From positions 642,330 to 706,329 of the forward strand of contig CAVRXU010000005.1 in NCBI GenBank assembly GCA_963725155.1: DNA of 64,000 bases, written 5' to 3'. The position numbers and the translations under genes are program-made. Shown here piece by piece: positions 40,001 through 47,194 of the stretch (within the stretch, counting starts at the first letter, position 1; the number at the start of each line of letters is the position of its first letter). This DNA is from an uncultured Microthrixaceae bacterium (GTDB taxonomy: Bacteria > Actinomycetota > Acidimicrobiia > Acidimicrobiales > DATDAH01). The notes under the pieces were generated by a model, which worked only from the letters and a program-made list of their open reading frames with translations, had not been told where the DNA came from and made no database searches.

Positions 40001-40280
40001 GGCCGAGATCGGCGGACGCCTGGTGGAGGGCTTCATCGACCTCGCCTTCGAGGACGCCGACGGCCGCCTCGTGGTGGTGGACTACAAGACCGACGCCGTC
40101 GTGAACCCCGACGCCTACCGACTCCAGATCGCGGCCTACGCCGCGGCGCTGGCCCGAGCCACGGGTCGGGAGGTGACCGAGGGCTGGCTGGTGTTCGCCG
40201 GCGTCGAGGGGGCCGAGGAGCACCAGGTGACGGATCTCGACGTCGCAGTGGCGGAGGTCGAGGCGCTCGTCGCCGGCTGA
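37038..40280 (+). CDS. AddA/AdnB-like UvrD-family helicase with C-terminal RecB-type nuclease
   Basis: Walker A EAGAGTGKTT, DEFQDTDPLQ, helicase motif VGDPKQSIYRFRRAD, nuclease GFIDLAFEDADGRLVVVDYKTD. Confidence 0.88.
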   Translation: MTTVDLPSDQKARERIRCDLDRTLFVEAGAGTGKTTALVGRVAELVIRGRVTNPRDLAAITFTEAAASELRDRVREQLEREADRLDLDVDARARVRAVLADVDEITITTLHGFASRLLGEFPLEAGLPPGFEVEDEIDASVRFDRRWVELVDDLHTDPQLREVLGRALVLELPLRRLSEVARIFDDNWDRLGPPRGATALSPVDVSSVMAPLGEALGHVGACTDPDDKLCEHLENHAGPIHRELVLLTEVGDPEALLTALVRAGKLTSSGGRKDVWHGAKPLIAEALVVAEAARVDLVHTHRSEVLGMLTDRLRRFALEGAEDRRRRGLVSYHDLLVRARDLLRADGEVRVALARRYRYLLIDEFQDTDPLQIEIAALLAAADPRSVPERWQDVAVVAGKLFLVGDPKQSIYRFRRADIALYAQAEDAFAADPVRLTANFRSVPDVLSWVNQVFGELIADDGDAQPPYVDLAPHRRAVGSRPSVLVVGGPVEDRSIGDIRDDESEELAALIRRMRAEGWEVGRTDRAPVRYDDVALLVPTRTPVGQLERALENEGIPYRIESRSLVFQTDEVRELLALLAAVDDPADEVALVTALRSPGLACSDADLADWRLAKGQWRIDGTVPEGFEEHRVAVALREIARLHEVRDWKPVNELVAQVVRERRFVELTLARRRPRDHWRRYRFLTDAARAFVEAGGASLAEFVAWVTAQAEGGADRIESVVRETDDDAVRIMTVHGSKGLEFPVVVLAGLNADRDPRSPVVTWGRDRPEVRFGRKDDYFETAGYVDVREADKRFEEAEQRRLLYVAATRAQDHLVVSLHHKAGYPSHAALLHDVCKRPADAVAPPADTQLALRLTPDAVAPDRAVEGPSAAADWQRARGELLARVRPSGVETPSGLGHEDPPPVPEEDRRVPGRGEGGTARGRAVHAVLQSVSLPDAVDLDDLARLQAAAEGLADPGAVADIARSALAALVVRRAMEAPRYWRELAVLAEIGGRLVEGFIDLAFEDADGRLVVVDYKTDAVVNPDAYRLQIAAYAAALARATGREVTEGWLVFAGVEGAEEHQVTDLDVAVAEVEALVAG

Positions 40281-40281
40281 C

Positions 40282-42738
40282 TTACTCCGTCCGCAGGACC
40301 TCAGCGGGTCGGAGACGGGCGACTCGCCGCCCGGGCCAGACGGCCAAGCCGTTGGCCACGAGCAAGGCGAGCGGGACCAGGGCCAGCACGGCGAAGGCGG
40401 CAACCGGGCGGACGACGGCGAGCGGCACGCTCTCGGCGACGACCGCCCAGCCCAGTCGCCCGAGGACGATTCCGGCGGGGATGCCCACGATCAGGCCGAC
40501 GAGGCCGATGGCGGTGCCTTGGACGTTGAGCACGATCCGGGAGTCCCACCGGGTGAGGCCCAGGGCCCGGAGGACCGCGAAGTCCTTGCCGCGGCGCCGA
40601 GCGGACGTCGCCAGCACGTGGCCAAGGGCACCCACCGCCAGCAGGGCCAGGAACCCCGCCAGCAACCGGGGCAGCGTGCGCACGTTCTCGAGGTTGGTGA
40701 GCTCCACGGGCGGCACAGCCGGTCCGAAGTCCTCGAACTGGTCACCGACCGACGTCTGGAGCGAATCCAGCACCTCCTCGGCCGAGGCGTCGTCGGCGAT
40801 GTCGAAGGCGACCTGTCGTTCGACCGGGTCGTCGACGGGGATCTCCTCCGGTGGCGCGGCCGCATCGAAGCCTTCTGCGTCGAGCCACAGCCCCTGGTCG
40901 AAGGTGGCATGGACGTCGGAGGGGAAGAGGGCCTCGCCCACGATGGTCACCCGGTGATCGGTCGCGCCGATGGTCACCTCGTCGCCCACCCCGACGTCGA
41001 GGTCGGCCGCGCTGGCCGGTCCGATCGCTGCCTCGTCGGGTCCGCTGGGGGCCTGGCCGGATGTGAGGACCAGTTGGATCGCTGCCTCGGCCGCGCCGGG
41101 CGGGGGTCGGACCGCGAACGTCGGCACCCCGACACCGTTGACGGGCATGACCTGTCGGTCGATCGCGGCCACGGTCGCGACCCCGTCGGTCGCGGCGATG
41201 GCCTCGATCAGCTCAGGGTCGACGGCGGCGGGATGCGACGGGTCGCCGGCGACGATCCCGCCGGCATCCCAGGCGACGCCGGCCCGCTCGGGATGGTTGA
41301 GCGCATCCTCGAGCCCGGCGTTGAGCGTGACCGTGGCCACGACGCCGAGGACGCCGACAACGGCGCCGATCAGCGCCTGACGGGCTGGGATCCGGGCCCG
41401 CCCCTCCCCGGGGCCGAGGGCCATCGTCGTACCGAGGCCGACAGGAACCGACGCCACTCGGCGGATCCCGGTCAGGGCTCGGGACGGCGAGCCGGCGCGG
41501 GCGAGGGCCGGTCGGTTCGATCGGGCGGTCACCGCCGCGCCGGCGAGGACGGCACCGGCCACCAGCAGCGTGCCGGGGACGAGGATCGCCCACATCGGCT
41601 GGATGCCCCGATCGGGATCGAGCTGCCCGGCCATCCCGATGGGGAACCAGAGAGACGCGATGACGGCTGTCGCGGCAGCGGTCACTGCAGCGGTGATCGC
41701 GGTGGGGAGGTGGACGAGCACCGCAGTCGCCGTGATGCTGCGGCTGGTCATGCCCACGGCGGTGAGGGCCGTGCGGTCGTCGGTGGTCGCGGCCGCGGAC
41801 TGCACGACGGCCTGTCCCACCAGCGCCAGTCCGGCCAGCAGGACCACGCCGGTCAGGACGAGGAGGGCGGTGTGCTCCACCGAGGTGGTGGTCTCCACCC
41901 GACGGGCGGCCGCGTGCAGGTCGAGCACCGGTGTGCCCGGGGCCACGACCTCGTCGACGGCACGCTGGAGGGCCGCCAGATCCGCAGCCCCATGGCGGAG
42001 CTGCACGTCAGCGTTCTCGGCGATCAACATCTCGTCGCCGTGCTCGGCCACGAGCCCCGGGCCCACGAACCCCTGCCCGTCGGGGACGAACAGGAACTGA
42101 GAGACGGTCTTCACCCGCCCGACGACCCGGACGTCGATGTGGGGCCCTTCGGCCTCACCACTGAAGGGCACCTGGTCCGGGCTGTAGGCGGTGAAGGGGA
42201 TGACGTCGCCGACCTCGACCTCGTGGACGTTCTCGTCGATGACCGCCTCGTCGTCGGCCTCGGGATCGAACAAGCGACCTTCGACCACGATGGGACGGCC
42301 CATCTCGCCGAGGTAGCGGTCGTCCATCGCCGCGAACAGCAGGGTCGGGCCCGGCGTCAGTCGAGGGGGGCCGCCGGCGTCGAAGGTCCCGAAAGCCAGG
42401 CCCCACGGGGCCACGGCGCTCACTTCGGGCCGGGCTTCGAGCTGCGACCAATCCGGGTGGGGGCCGGCGTCGACCTGGCTGGCGAAGACCACGGCGTCGG
42501 CGGCGTTCTCCCGCTCTCGAAAGCGGTCCAGCGCCGAGTCGGTGCGGATCGCGCCCGACAACGTCGCCATCACGAGGCCGGCCGTGATCCCGGCGAGCGC
42601 GCCCAGCAGCAGAAGGGAACGCAGCCGGGTCCGGACCTGGGACCGGGCCACCAGCACGGAGGGACTGTCCGCTCGCCGCACCCCCGCAACGTAGGACGGC
42701 CCGGCCGGATCGACCAGGGCACCAGCCTCGGCCCGCAT
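40282..42738 (-). CDS. ABC-type permease with two tandem MacB/FtsX-like modules
   Basis: 818 aa. The pattern TM, large extracytoplasmic domain, three TM helices occurs twice. No ABC ATPase gene is adjacent. Confidence 0.8.
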   Translation of the reverse strand: MRAEAGALVDPAGPSYVAGVRRADSPSVLVARSQVRTRLRSLLLLGALAGITAGLVMATLSGAIRTDSALDRFRERENAADAVVFASQVDAGPHPDWSQLEARPEVSAVAPWGLAFGTFDAGGPPRLTPGPTLLFAAMDDRYLGEMGRPIVVEGRLFDPEADDEAVIDENVHEVEVGDVIPFTAYSPDQVPFSGEAEGPHIDVRVVGRVKTVSQFLFVPDGQGFVGPGLVAEHGDEMLIAENADVQLRHGAADLAALQRAVDEVVAPGTPVLDLHAAARRVETTTSVEHTALLVLTGVVLLAGLALVGQAVVQSAAATTDDRTALTAVGMTSRSITATAVLVHLPTAITAAVTAAATAVIASLWFPIGMAGQLDPDRGIQPMWAILVPGTLLVAGAVLAGAAVTARSNRPALARAGSPSRALTGIRRVASVPVGLGTTMALGPGEGRARIPARQALIGAVVGVLGVVATVTLNAGLEDALNHPERAGVAWDAGGIVAGDPSHPAAVDPELIEAIAATDGVATVAAIDRQVMPVNGVGVPTFAVRPPPGAAEAAIQLVLTSGQAPSGPDEAAIGPASAADLDVGVGDEVTIGATDHRVTIVGEALFPSDVHATFDQGLWLDAEGFDAAAPPEEIPVDDPVERQVAFDIADDASAEEVLDSLQTSVGDQFEDFGPAVPPVELTNLENVRTLPRLLAGFLALLAVGALGHVLATSARRRGKDFAVLRALGLTRWDSRIVLNVQGTAIGLVGLIVGIPAGIVLGRLGWAVVAESVPLAVVRPVAAFAVLALVPLALLVANGLAVWPGRRVARLRPAEVLRTE

Positions 42739-42776
42739 GGTGGTGGAGGCCCTCCCTCTGCGGGCAGGCCCTCACC

Positions 42777-42810
42777 CTCGTACCGGTCGGGGACCGCTCG
42801 TACGGTCGGG
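42777..42810. repeat. Direct repeat CTCGTAC(C)GGTCGGG x2 in a divergent promoter region
   Basis: 42777..42791 (ctcgtaccggtcggg) and 42797..42810 (ctcgtacggtcggg), with starts 20 nt apart. They lie between the permease start (42738) and the lipoprotein start (42842). Confidence 0.35.
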
Positions 42811-42841
42811 TGGAGGTTCGCACCGGCGAAAGGGTTGGCTC

Positions 42842-43583
42842 GTGTGCACGAAGTTGACAGGAACGGTCCTGATCCTGGTCTTGGCCGCGGTGGCGTGTTC
42901 GTCTGACGACGCCACGTCGGGCACCACGGCCGTCGCGGAGACCTCGACCTCAACAACGGCGGTAGCGGACACCGTGGCCGACGCGTCGTGCTTCAGCTGC
43001 CTGCCGGCAGGGCCGTTCACGAGCTTCGGGTTCGTCCCCGAACTGACGATCACCATCCCTGGATGGTTGGCAGATCGGCGAGGACACATCGGCGGAGGTC
43101 AAGATGAACCTCGTCGACGACCCCGACGAGGAGCTCAAGTTCCTCCCCCAGCCGATCCCCGTCACCAACGTCGACCAGGAGGTCGTCGAGGGCATCGAGC
43201 CCACGCCGGACGGTCTGGTCGCCTGGCTGCGGTCGAACCCGGATCTCGTGGTCGGGGAGCCGACCCCCCGGACCATTGCCGGCGACATCGAGGCCACCGC
43301 CGTGGACGTGAGCGTGGCCCCGACGGCGGAGAACGGCGATCCGGGCTGCCCGCCCGGACTGGAGCCGTGTGTCAACTTCTTCGCCTTCGTCGGCCCCGAC
43401 TACGACTTCGGCTTGGCGATCGCCAGTCAGCAGACGGTCCGGCTCATCTTCGCTCCCGTCACGGTCGATGGCAGCCCCACCACCATGCTGATCGTTCTCG
43501 ACCCCGGCACCCCCGACCGTCTCGAGCACCTGGTGGCGGTCACCGATCCGATGCTGGACGAGCTGGTGGTGGCGGAGTCCTGA
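42842..43583 (+). pseudogene. Lipoprotein gene with an apparent frameshift near 43061..43070 (or a sequencing error; or a separate 159-aa ORF from 43104)
   Basis: One frame (from GTG 42842) encodes a lipobox signal (LILVLAAVAC-SSDD) and reads sensibly to ...ITIPGW. The next frame over (+1) continues sensibly as QIGEDTSAEVKMNLVDDP... to the stop at 43583. See finding. Confidence 0.5.
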
Positions 43584-44261
43584 TCAGCGCTGGGCGCTCG
43601 TCGCCCGCTCCCGCAGGTCCGCCACGGCGTGCTCGAGGCCGTCGGGGTCGCGGAACAGCGAGCTGCCGGCGACGAGGACATTGGCGCCGGCGGCGGCCGC
43701 CCCGGCGATCGTCTCGGGGCCGATGCCCCCGTCCACTTCGATGTCGACGTCGTGGCCCTGCCCGTCGATCAGGGCCCGGAGGGCGGCGATCTTGGGCTCC
43801 ATCGTGGCGATGTAGGCCTGGCCGCCCCAGCCCGGGTTCACCGTCATGATCAACACCATCTCGACCAGGTCGAGCACGTGGGCCACGGCGTCTATAGGCG
43901 TCGAGGGGTTCAGGGCGACCGCGGCGCGGGCCCCGAGCTCGCCCACCGCCCCCAGGGTGCGGTGGAGGTGGATGGTCGACTCGGCGTGCACGATGAGCAA
44001 CTCGCAGCCGGCCTCGACGTAGCGGTCGAGCATGAGCTCGGGGGTGTTCACCATGAGGTGGGCCTCGAAGGGCACGGTCACCTGGTCGCGCACCGAGGCG
44101 ATGACATCGGGGCCGAAGGTCAGGTTGGGCACGAACTGGCCGTCCATGACGTCCCACTGGATGCGATCGACCCCGGCCTTCTCGAGGGCGACGCACTCCT
44201 CGCCGAGACGGGAGAAGTCGGCGGGGAGGACGGAGGGGACGATCGAGATCGGGCGGGCCAC
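43584..44261 (-). CDS. rpe: Ribulose-phosphate 3-epimerase
   Basis: PSVLPADFSRLGEE, DVMDGQFVPN, HLMV, MTVNPGWGGQ, EVDGGI. Confidence 0.93.
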   Translation of the reverse strand: MARPISIVPSVLPADFSRLGEECVALEKAGVDRIQWDVMDGQFVPNLTFGPDVIASVRDQVTVPFEAHLMVNTPELMLDRYVEAGCELLIVHAESTIHLHRTLGAVGELGARAAVALNPSTPIDAVAHVLDLVEMVLIMTVNPGWGGQAYIATMEPKIAALRALIDGQGHDVDIEVDGGIGPETIAGAAAAGANVLVAGSSLFRDPDGLEHAVADLRERATSAQR

Positions 44262-44301
44262 GACCGGAGGTTAGGGCTGGACGGCGGTGTCGTAGCGCGG
44301 A

Positions 44302-44850
44302 TCAGGTCGAACGGGCGTCGAGCAGGTCGAAGTCCCGTTCGGCGTACAGCCGGTGTTCCCACTCCTCGTTGAGGACGGCCTGGAGGCCGCGACTGACGGG
44401 GTAGCTCTCCGGCTCCGGGTACCCCGGCTCCAGGATCGGTTCGGTCATCTCCGCCAGCTTGTCGTCGGTGAGGTCGGCGATCACCTGTCGCACGGTGGAC
44501 ATCCGGTCGGCGCGCAGGGCGAGGACCTCGTCCAGCGACGGCCGTGCGTCGTGGTCGCGCGGGACGCTCGGCTCGTCGCCCATCTCGTCGTGGGGCAGGT
44601 CCAGCGGGTCCCAGGGCGACGGCTCCCCCAGGATGACGCGCGTCACCCAGGCGTCGGTGGCGAAGACGAGATGGCGCAGGGTCTCGATGAAGGACCACTC
44701 ACCGTCGACCCGCTCGTGCAGCAGATCCGGATCCATGCCGCGGGCCCGGTCCACCGTCTGTTCCCACAACCGCTCGAGGACCTCCCACGCCTCGCGGTAC
44801 CCGTCGGCGTCGGCCGGCCGCATGAGGTCTTCGTTGGCGACGTCAGCCAT
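44302..44850 (-). CDS. DinB family (DinB_2 / mycothiol-dependent-enzyme-like) protein
   Basis: 182 aa from ATG 44850. EWSFIETLRHLVFATDAW and EEWEH segments look like the DinB four-helix-bundle His sites. The 51-codon upstream extension in the track ORF is Arg/Ser-rich and was dropped. Confidence 0.65.
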   Translation of the reverse strand: MADVANEDLMRPADADGYREAWEVLERLWEQTVDRARGMDPDLLHERVDGEWSFIETLRHLVFATDAWVTRVILGEPSPWDPLDLPHDEMGDEPSVPRDHDARPSLDEVLALRADRMSTVRQVIADLTDDKLAEMTEPILEPGYPEPESYPVSRGLQAVLNEEWEHRLYAERDFDLLDARST

Positions 44851-44970
44851 CGGAGCAGGATACGAAACAAACGCAGGGTCAGACTCGAGCCTGGACCACC
44901 CTTGGGTCATTGCCGGCGGCCGAACTCTGCGTGAGTGTGGGTCGCTGATCTGCGCTGACCGAGCGCTGTC

Positions 44971-45001
44971 GGTGCCGAAGCACCTCCGCCCCGTCAGGGG
45001 C
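44971..45001 (-). terminator. Two adjacent GC hairpins downstream of tRNA-Lys (candidate terminator of the tRNA-His/Lys transcript)
   Basis: On the reverse strand these read GCCCC-TGAC-GGGGC (44988..45001) and GGTGC-TTCG-GCACC (44971..44984, a UUCG loop). There is no U-tract. Confidence 0.35.
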
Positions 45002-45025
45002 ATTCCGGCGGTAGCCGGAGCAGGG

Positions 45026-45100
45026 TGGTGGGCCCCCTGGGATTCGAACCCAGAACCTGCGGCTTAAGAGGCCGTTGCTCTGCCGTTGAGCTAGAGGCCC
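45026..45100 (-). tRNA. tRNA-Lys (anticodon CTT)
   Basis: The reverse strand reads GGGCCTCTAGCTCAACGGCAGAGCAACGGCCTCTTAAGCCGCAGGTTCTGGGTTCGAATCCCAGGGGGCCCACCA. Anticodon loop CTCTTAA. CCA is encoded. Confidence 0.9.
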
Positions 45101-45160
45101 GACGCCCGGGGAGGGTAGCGGTCGGCACGGAACCGCCCGCCAACCTCCCGGACTTCGGTA

Positions 45161-45239
45161 TGGGGTGACCGAGGGGACTTGAACCCCCGACCTCCAGGGC
45201 CACAACCTGGCGCTCTAACCGAGCTGAGCTACGGCCACC
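45161..45239 (-). tRNA. tRNA-His (anticodon GTG)
   Basis: An encoded G-1 is opposite discriminator C. Anticodon stem CCAGG/CCTGG with loop TTGTGGC. T-loop GGTTCAAGTCC. CCA is encoded. Confidence 0.9.
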
Positions 45240-45300
45240 AAGAGCCGCTCAGCATAGGGGCAGCCCGGCCGACTGCCCCAGGGATAGCGTCACGTGGTCC

Positions 45301-45378
45301 GCCCCCGTAGCTCAGTCCGGACAGAGCAGCGGGCTTCTATCCCGAGGGCCGCAGGTTCGAATCCTGCCGGGGGCGCCA
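45301..45378 (+). tRNA. tRNA-Arg (anticodon TCT)
   Basis: Acceptor GCCCCCG/CGGGGGC, anticodon loop CTTCTAT, T-arm GCAGGTTCGAATCCTGC. CCA is encoded. There is one mismatch at the top of the anticodon stem. Confidence 0.88.
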
Positions 45379-45570
45379 CACACGCGGGGCGTGAACGATC
45401 GGCCCAGCCGGCTCGTCTCACCCCGTGTGACCTACGACGGGCGGTTCCGGCGACGGCGGCGTGACCTCGACGACGGGCCGCCCTGCCTGCCCCTGGCCCC
45501 GGGCGAGCTCTCCAACGGCGAGTTCATCCCCCGACCGCCGACGGCTGGAGACCGGGCCGTCGCCCGGGCG

Positions 45571-46980
45571 ATGCACGAGCGCTCCTCGGACGCCGCGGCC
45601 CGCATCGGCGTCGACCGGCGGCGCTTCCTGCAGGGCGCCGGCGGCATGGCCGCCAGCCTGGCCGTGCTGAACGGCTGCTCGTCCGGCCGCGAATCCGGCG
45701 CGCCGACGACCTCGGTCGCCCCAACGACGAGTGGCTACGTCGTGCCCCCGCCCGAGGAGGTGGCGCAGTGCGAGCAGGCGCTCGGGGGCCAGGGCGAGTT
45801 CATCTTCGACCTCCACACCCATCACGTCATGCCGGGTGGGCCGTGGCGAGAGGCGTCGCCGCGCATCGCCGAGATGATCTTGACCCTCGTGCCCGAGGGC
45901 TGCGCCGAGGCCGACCCGATGGTCTGCCTCGACCGGGCCGCGTACGTGGAGGCCATGTTCCTGGCCAGCGACACCACGGTGGCCCTCCTGTCCGATGTCC
46001 CCAACTCGGGCGACGGCGATGCGCCGGTGCCGTTCGCGGCGAAGCGGGGGACTCAGGACATGGTCGACGCTCTTTCCGAGGGCGGGGCCCGCCGTCTCCT
46101 GGTCCACGACGTGATCGCACCGAACTTCGGCTCCCTCGAGCAGCGGCTGGACCTCATGGCGGCCACCGCGGCCACGGGTGACGTCGCCGCCTTCAAGGCC
46201 TATCCGGCCTGGGGCCCGGCGGGCACGGGCTACGCCCTCGACGATCCGGCCATCGGCATCCCCGTCGTGGAGCAGGCGCGGTCGCTCGGGGTGAACGTGT
46301 TCTGTGCCCACAAGGGCCTGCCCCTCCTCGAGTTCGACCAACGGTTCAACGGCCCCGAGGACATGGTCCGCCTGGCCAAGCGCTACCCGGACATGGACTT
46401 CGTCGTCTTCCACTCGGCCTTCGAACGGGAGACCCACGAGGGGCCCTACGACCCGGCTGCCGCCGAGCGGGGGGTCAACTCGCTGATCGGGGCCATGGAC
46501 GAGGTCGGCGTCGCCGCCAACACCAACCTCTGGGCCGACCTCGGGACGGCGTGGCGGGAGGTGCTCGGCGATCCGGACCAGGCCTCGCACCTCCTGGGCA
46601 AGTTGCTCAGTCGGGTGGGGGAGGACCGGGTGTGCTGGGGGACCGACGCCATCTGGATGGGCTCCCCCCAGCCCCAGATCATGGCGTTCCGGGCCTTCCA
46701 GATCGGCCGGGACCACCAGGAGCAGTTCGGCTACCCGCCCCTCACCGACGACGTGAAGGCCAAGGTCCTCGGCCTCAACGCGGCGCGGCTGTTCGGCCTC
46801 GACCCGGAAGCGACCCGCTGCGCCGTCACCCCGGGCGCACTCACCGAGGCCCGGGCCACCTACGCCGGGCTGGTCGCCGACGGTGCCGTCCCCGCGCCCT
46901 GGCGCCCCCACGGCCCGGTCACCCGCCGCGAGGTCCTCCGGTGGCTCCGCACCGACCCCACGGCCCGCCGCCCGGTGTGA
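45571..46980 (+). CDS. Tat-exported, lipobox-bearing amidohydrolase-family (TIM-barrel metal hydrolase) protein
   Basis: Twin-arginine motif DRRRFLQGAGG followed by LAVLNGC. Metal motif DLHTHHV; later FCAHKG and VVFHSAFE. ATG 45571 is preferred because the GTG 45391 extension would begin 13 nt after tRNA-Arg. Confidence 0.72.
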   Translation: MHERSSDAAARIGVDRRRFLQGAGGMAASLAVLNGCSSGRESGAPTTSVAPTTSGYVVPPPEEVAQCEQALGGQGEFIFDLHTHHVMPGGPWREASPRIAEMILTLVPEGCAEADPMVCLDRAAYVEAMFLASDTTVALLSDVPNSGDGDAPVPFAAKRGTQDMVDALSEGGARRLLVHDVIAPNFGSLEQRLDLMAATAATGDVAAFKAYPAWGPAGTGYALDDPAIGIPVVEQARSLGVNVFCAHKGLPLLEFDQRFNGPEDMVRLAKRYPDMDFVVFHSAFERETHEGPYDPAAAERGVNSLIGAMDEVGVAANTNLWADLGTAWREVLGDPDQASHLLGKLLSRVGEDRVCWGTDAIWMGSPQPQIMAFRAFQIGRDHQEQFGYPPLTDDVKAKVLGLNAARLFGLDPEATRCAVTPGALTEARATYAGLVADGAVPAPWRPHGPVTRREVLRWLRTDPTARRPV

Positions 46981-46988
46981 CCGACGGT

Positions 46989-47062
46989 TGGAGCGGGTGA
47001 GGGGAATCGAACCCCCGTCACCAGGATGGAAGCCTGGCGCTCTGCCATTGAGCTACACCCGC
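46989..47062 (-). tRNA. tRNA-Gly (anticodon TCC)
   Basis: The reverse strand reads GCGGGTGTAGCTCAATGGCAGAGCGCCAGGCTTCCATCCTGG...GGTTCGATTCCCCTCACCCGCTCCA. CCA is encoded. Confidence 0.9.
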
Positions 47063-47063
47063 G

Positions 47064-47140
47064 TGGTCGGGGAGGGGAGATTTGAACTCCCGACCTCCTG
47101 CTCCCAAAGCAGGCGCGCTGCCTAGCTGCGCCACTCCCCG
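47064..47140 (-). tRNA. tRNA-Pro (anticodon TGG)
   Basis: The reverse strand reads CGGGGAGTGGCGCAGCTAGGCAGCGCGCCTGCTTTGGGAGCAGGAGGTCGGGAGTTCAAATCTCCCCTCCCCGACCA. It is separated from tRNA-Gly by a single nucleotide. Confidence 0.9.
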
Positions 47141-47194
47141 ACGTTTCCACTCAGGCTAGGGGACAGGCCGCGTCCGAGGGCAGGGATCGGCCGG

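Noticed and set aside
44851-45003. A 51-codon N-terminal extension of the DinB-family ORF (the track ORF runs to 45003).
   Set aside because: The extension is Arg/Ser/Pro-rich. It runs across the hairpins downstream of tRNA-Lys and ends 23 nt short of the tRNA-Lys gene. The DinB-like sequence starts at ATG 44850.
45391-45570. A longer amidohydrolase ORF starting at GTG 45391.
   Set aside because: It would begin 13 nt after tRNA-Arg and adds an Arg-rich segment before the Tat motif. ATG 45571 gives a normal-length Tat signal n-region. This is not excluded, only less likely.
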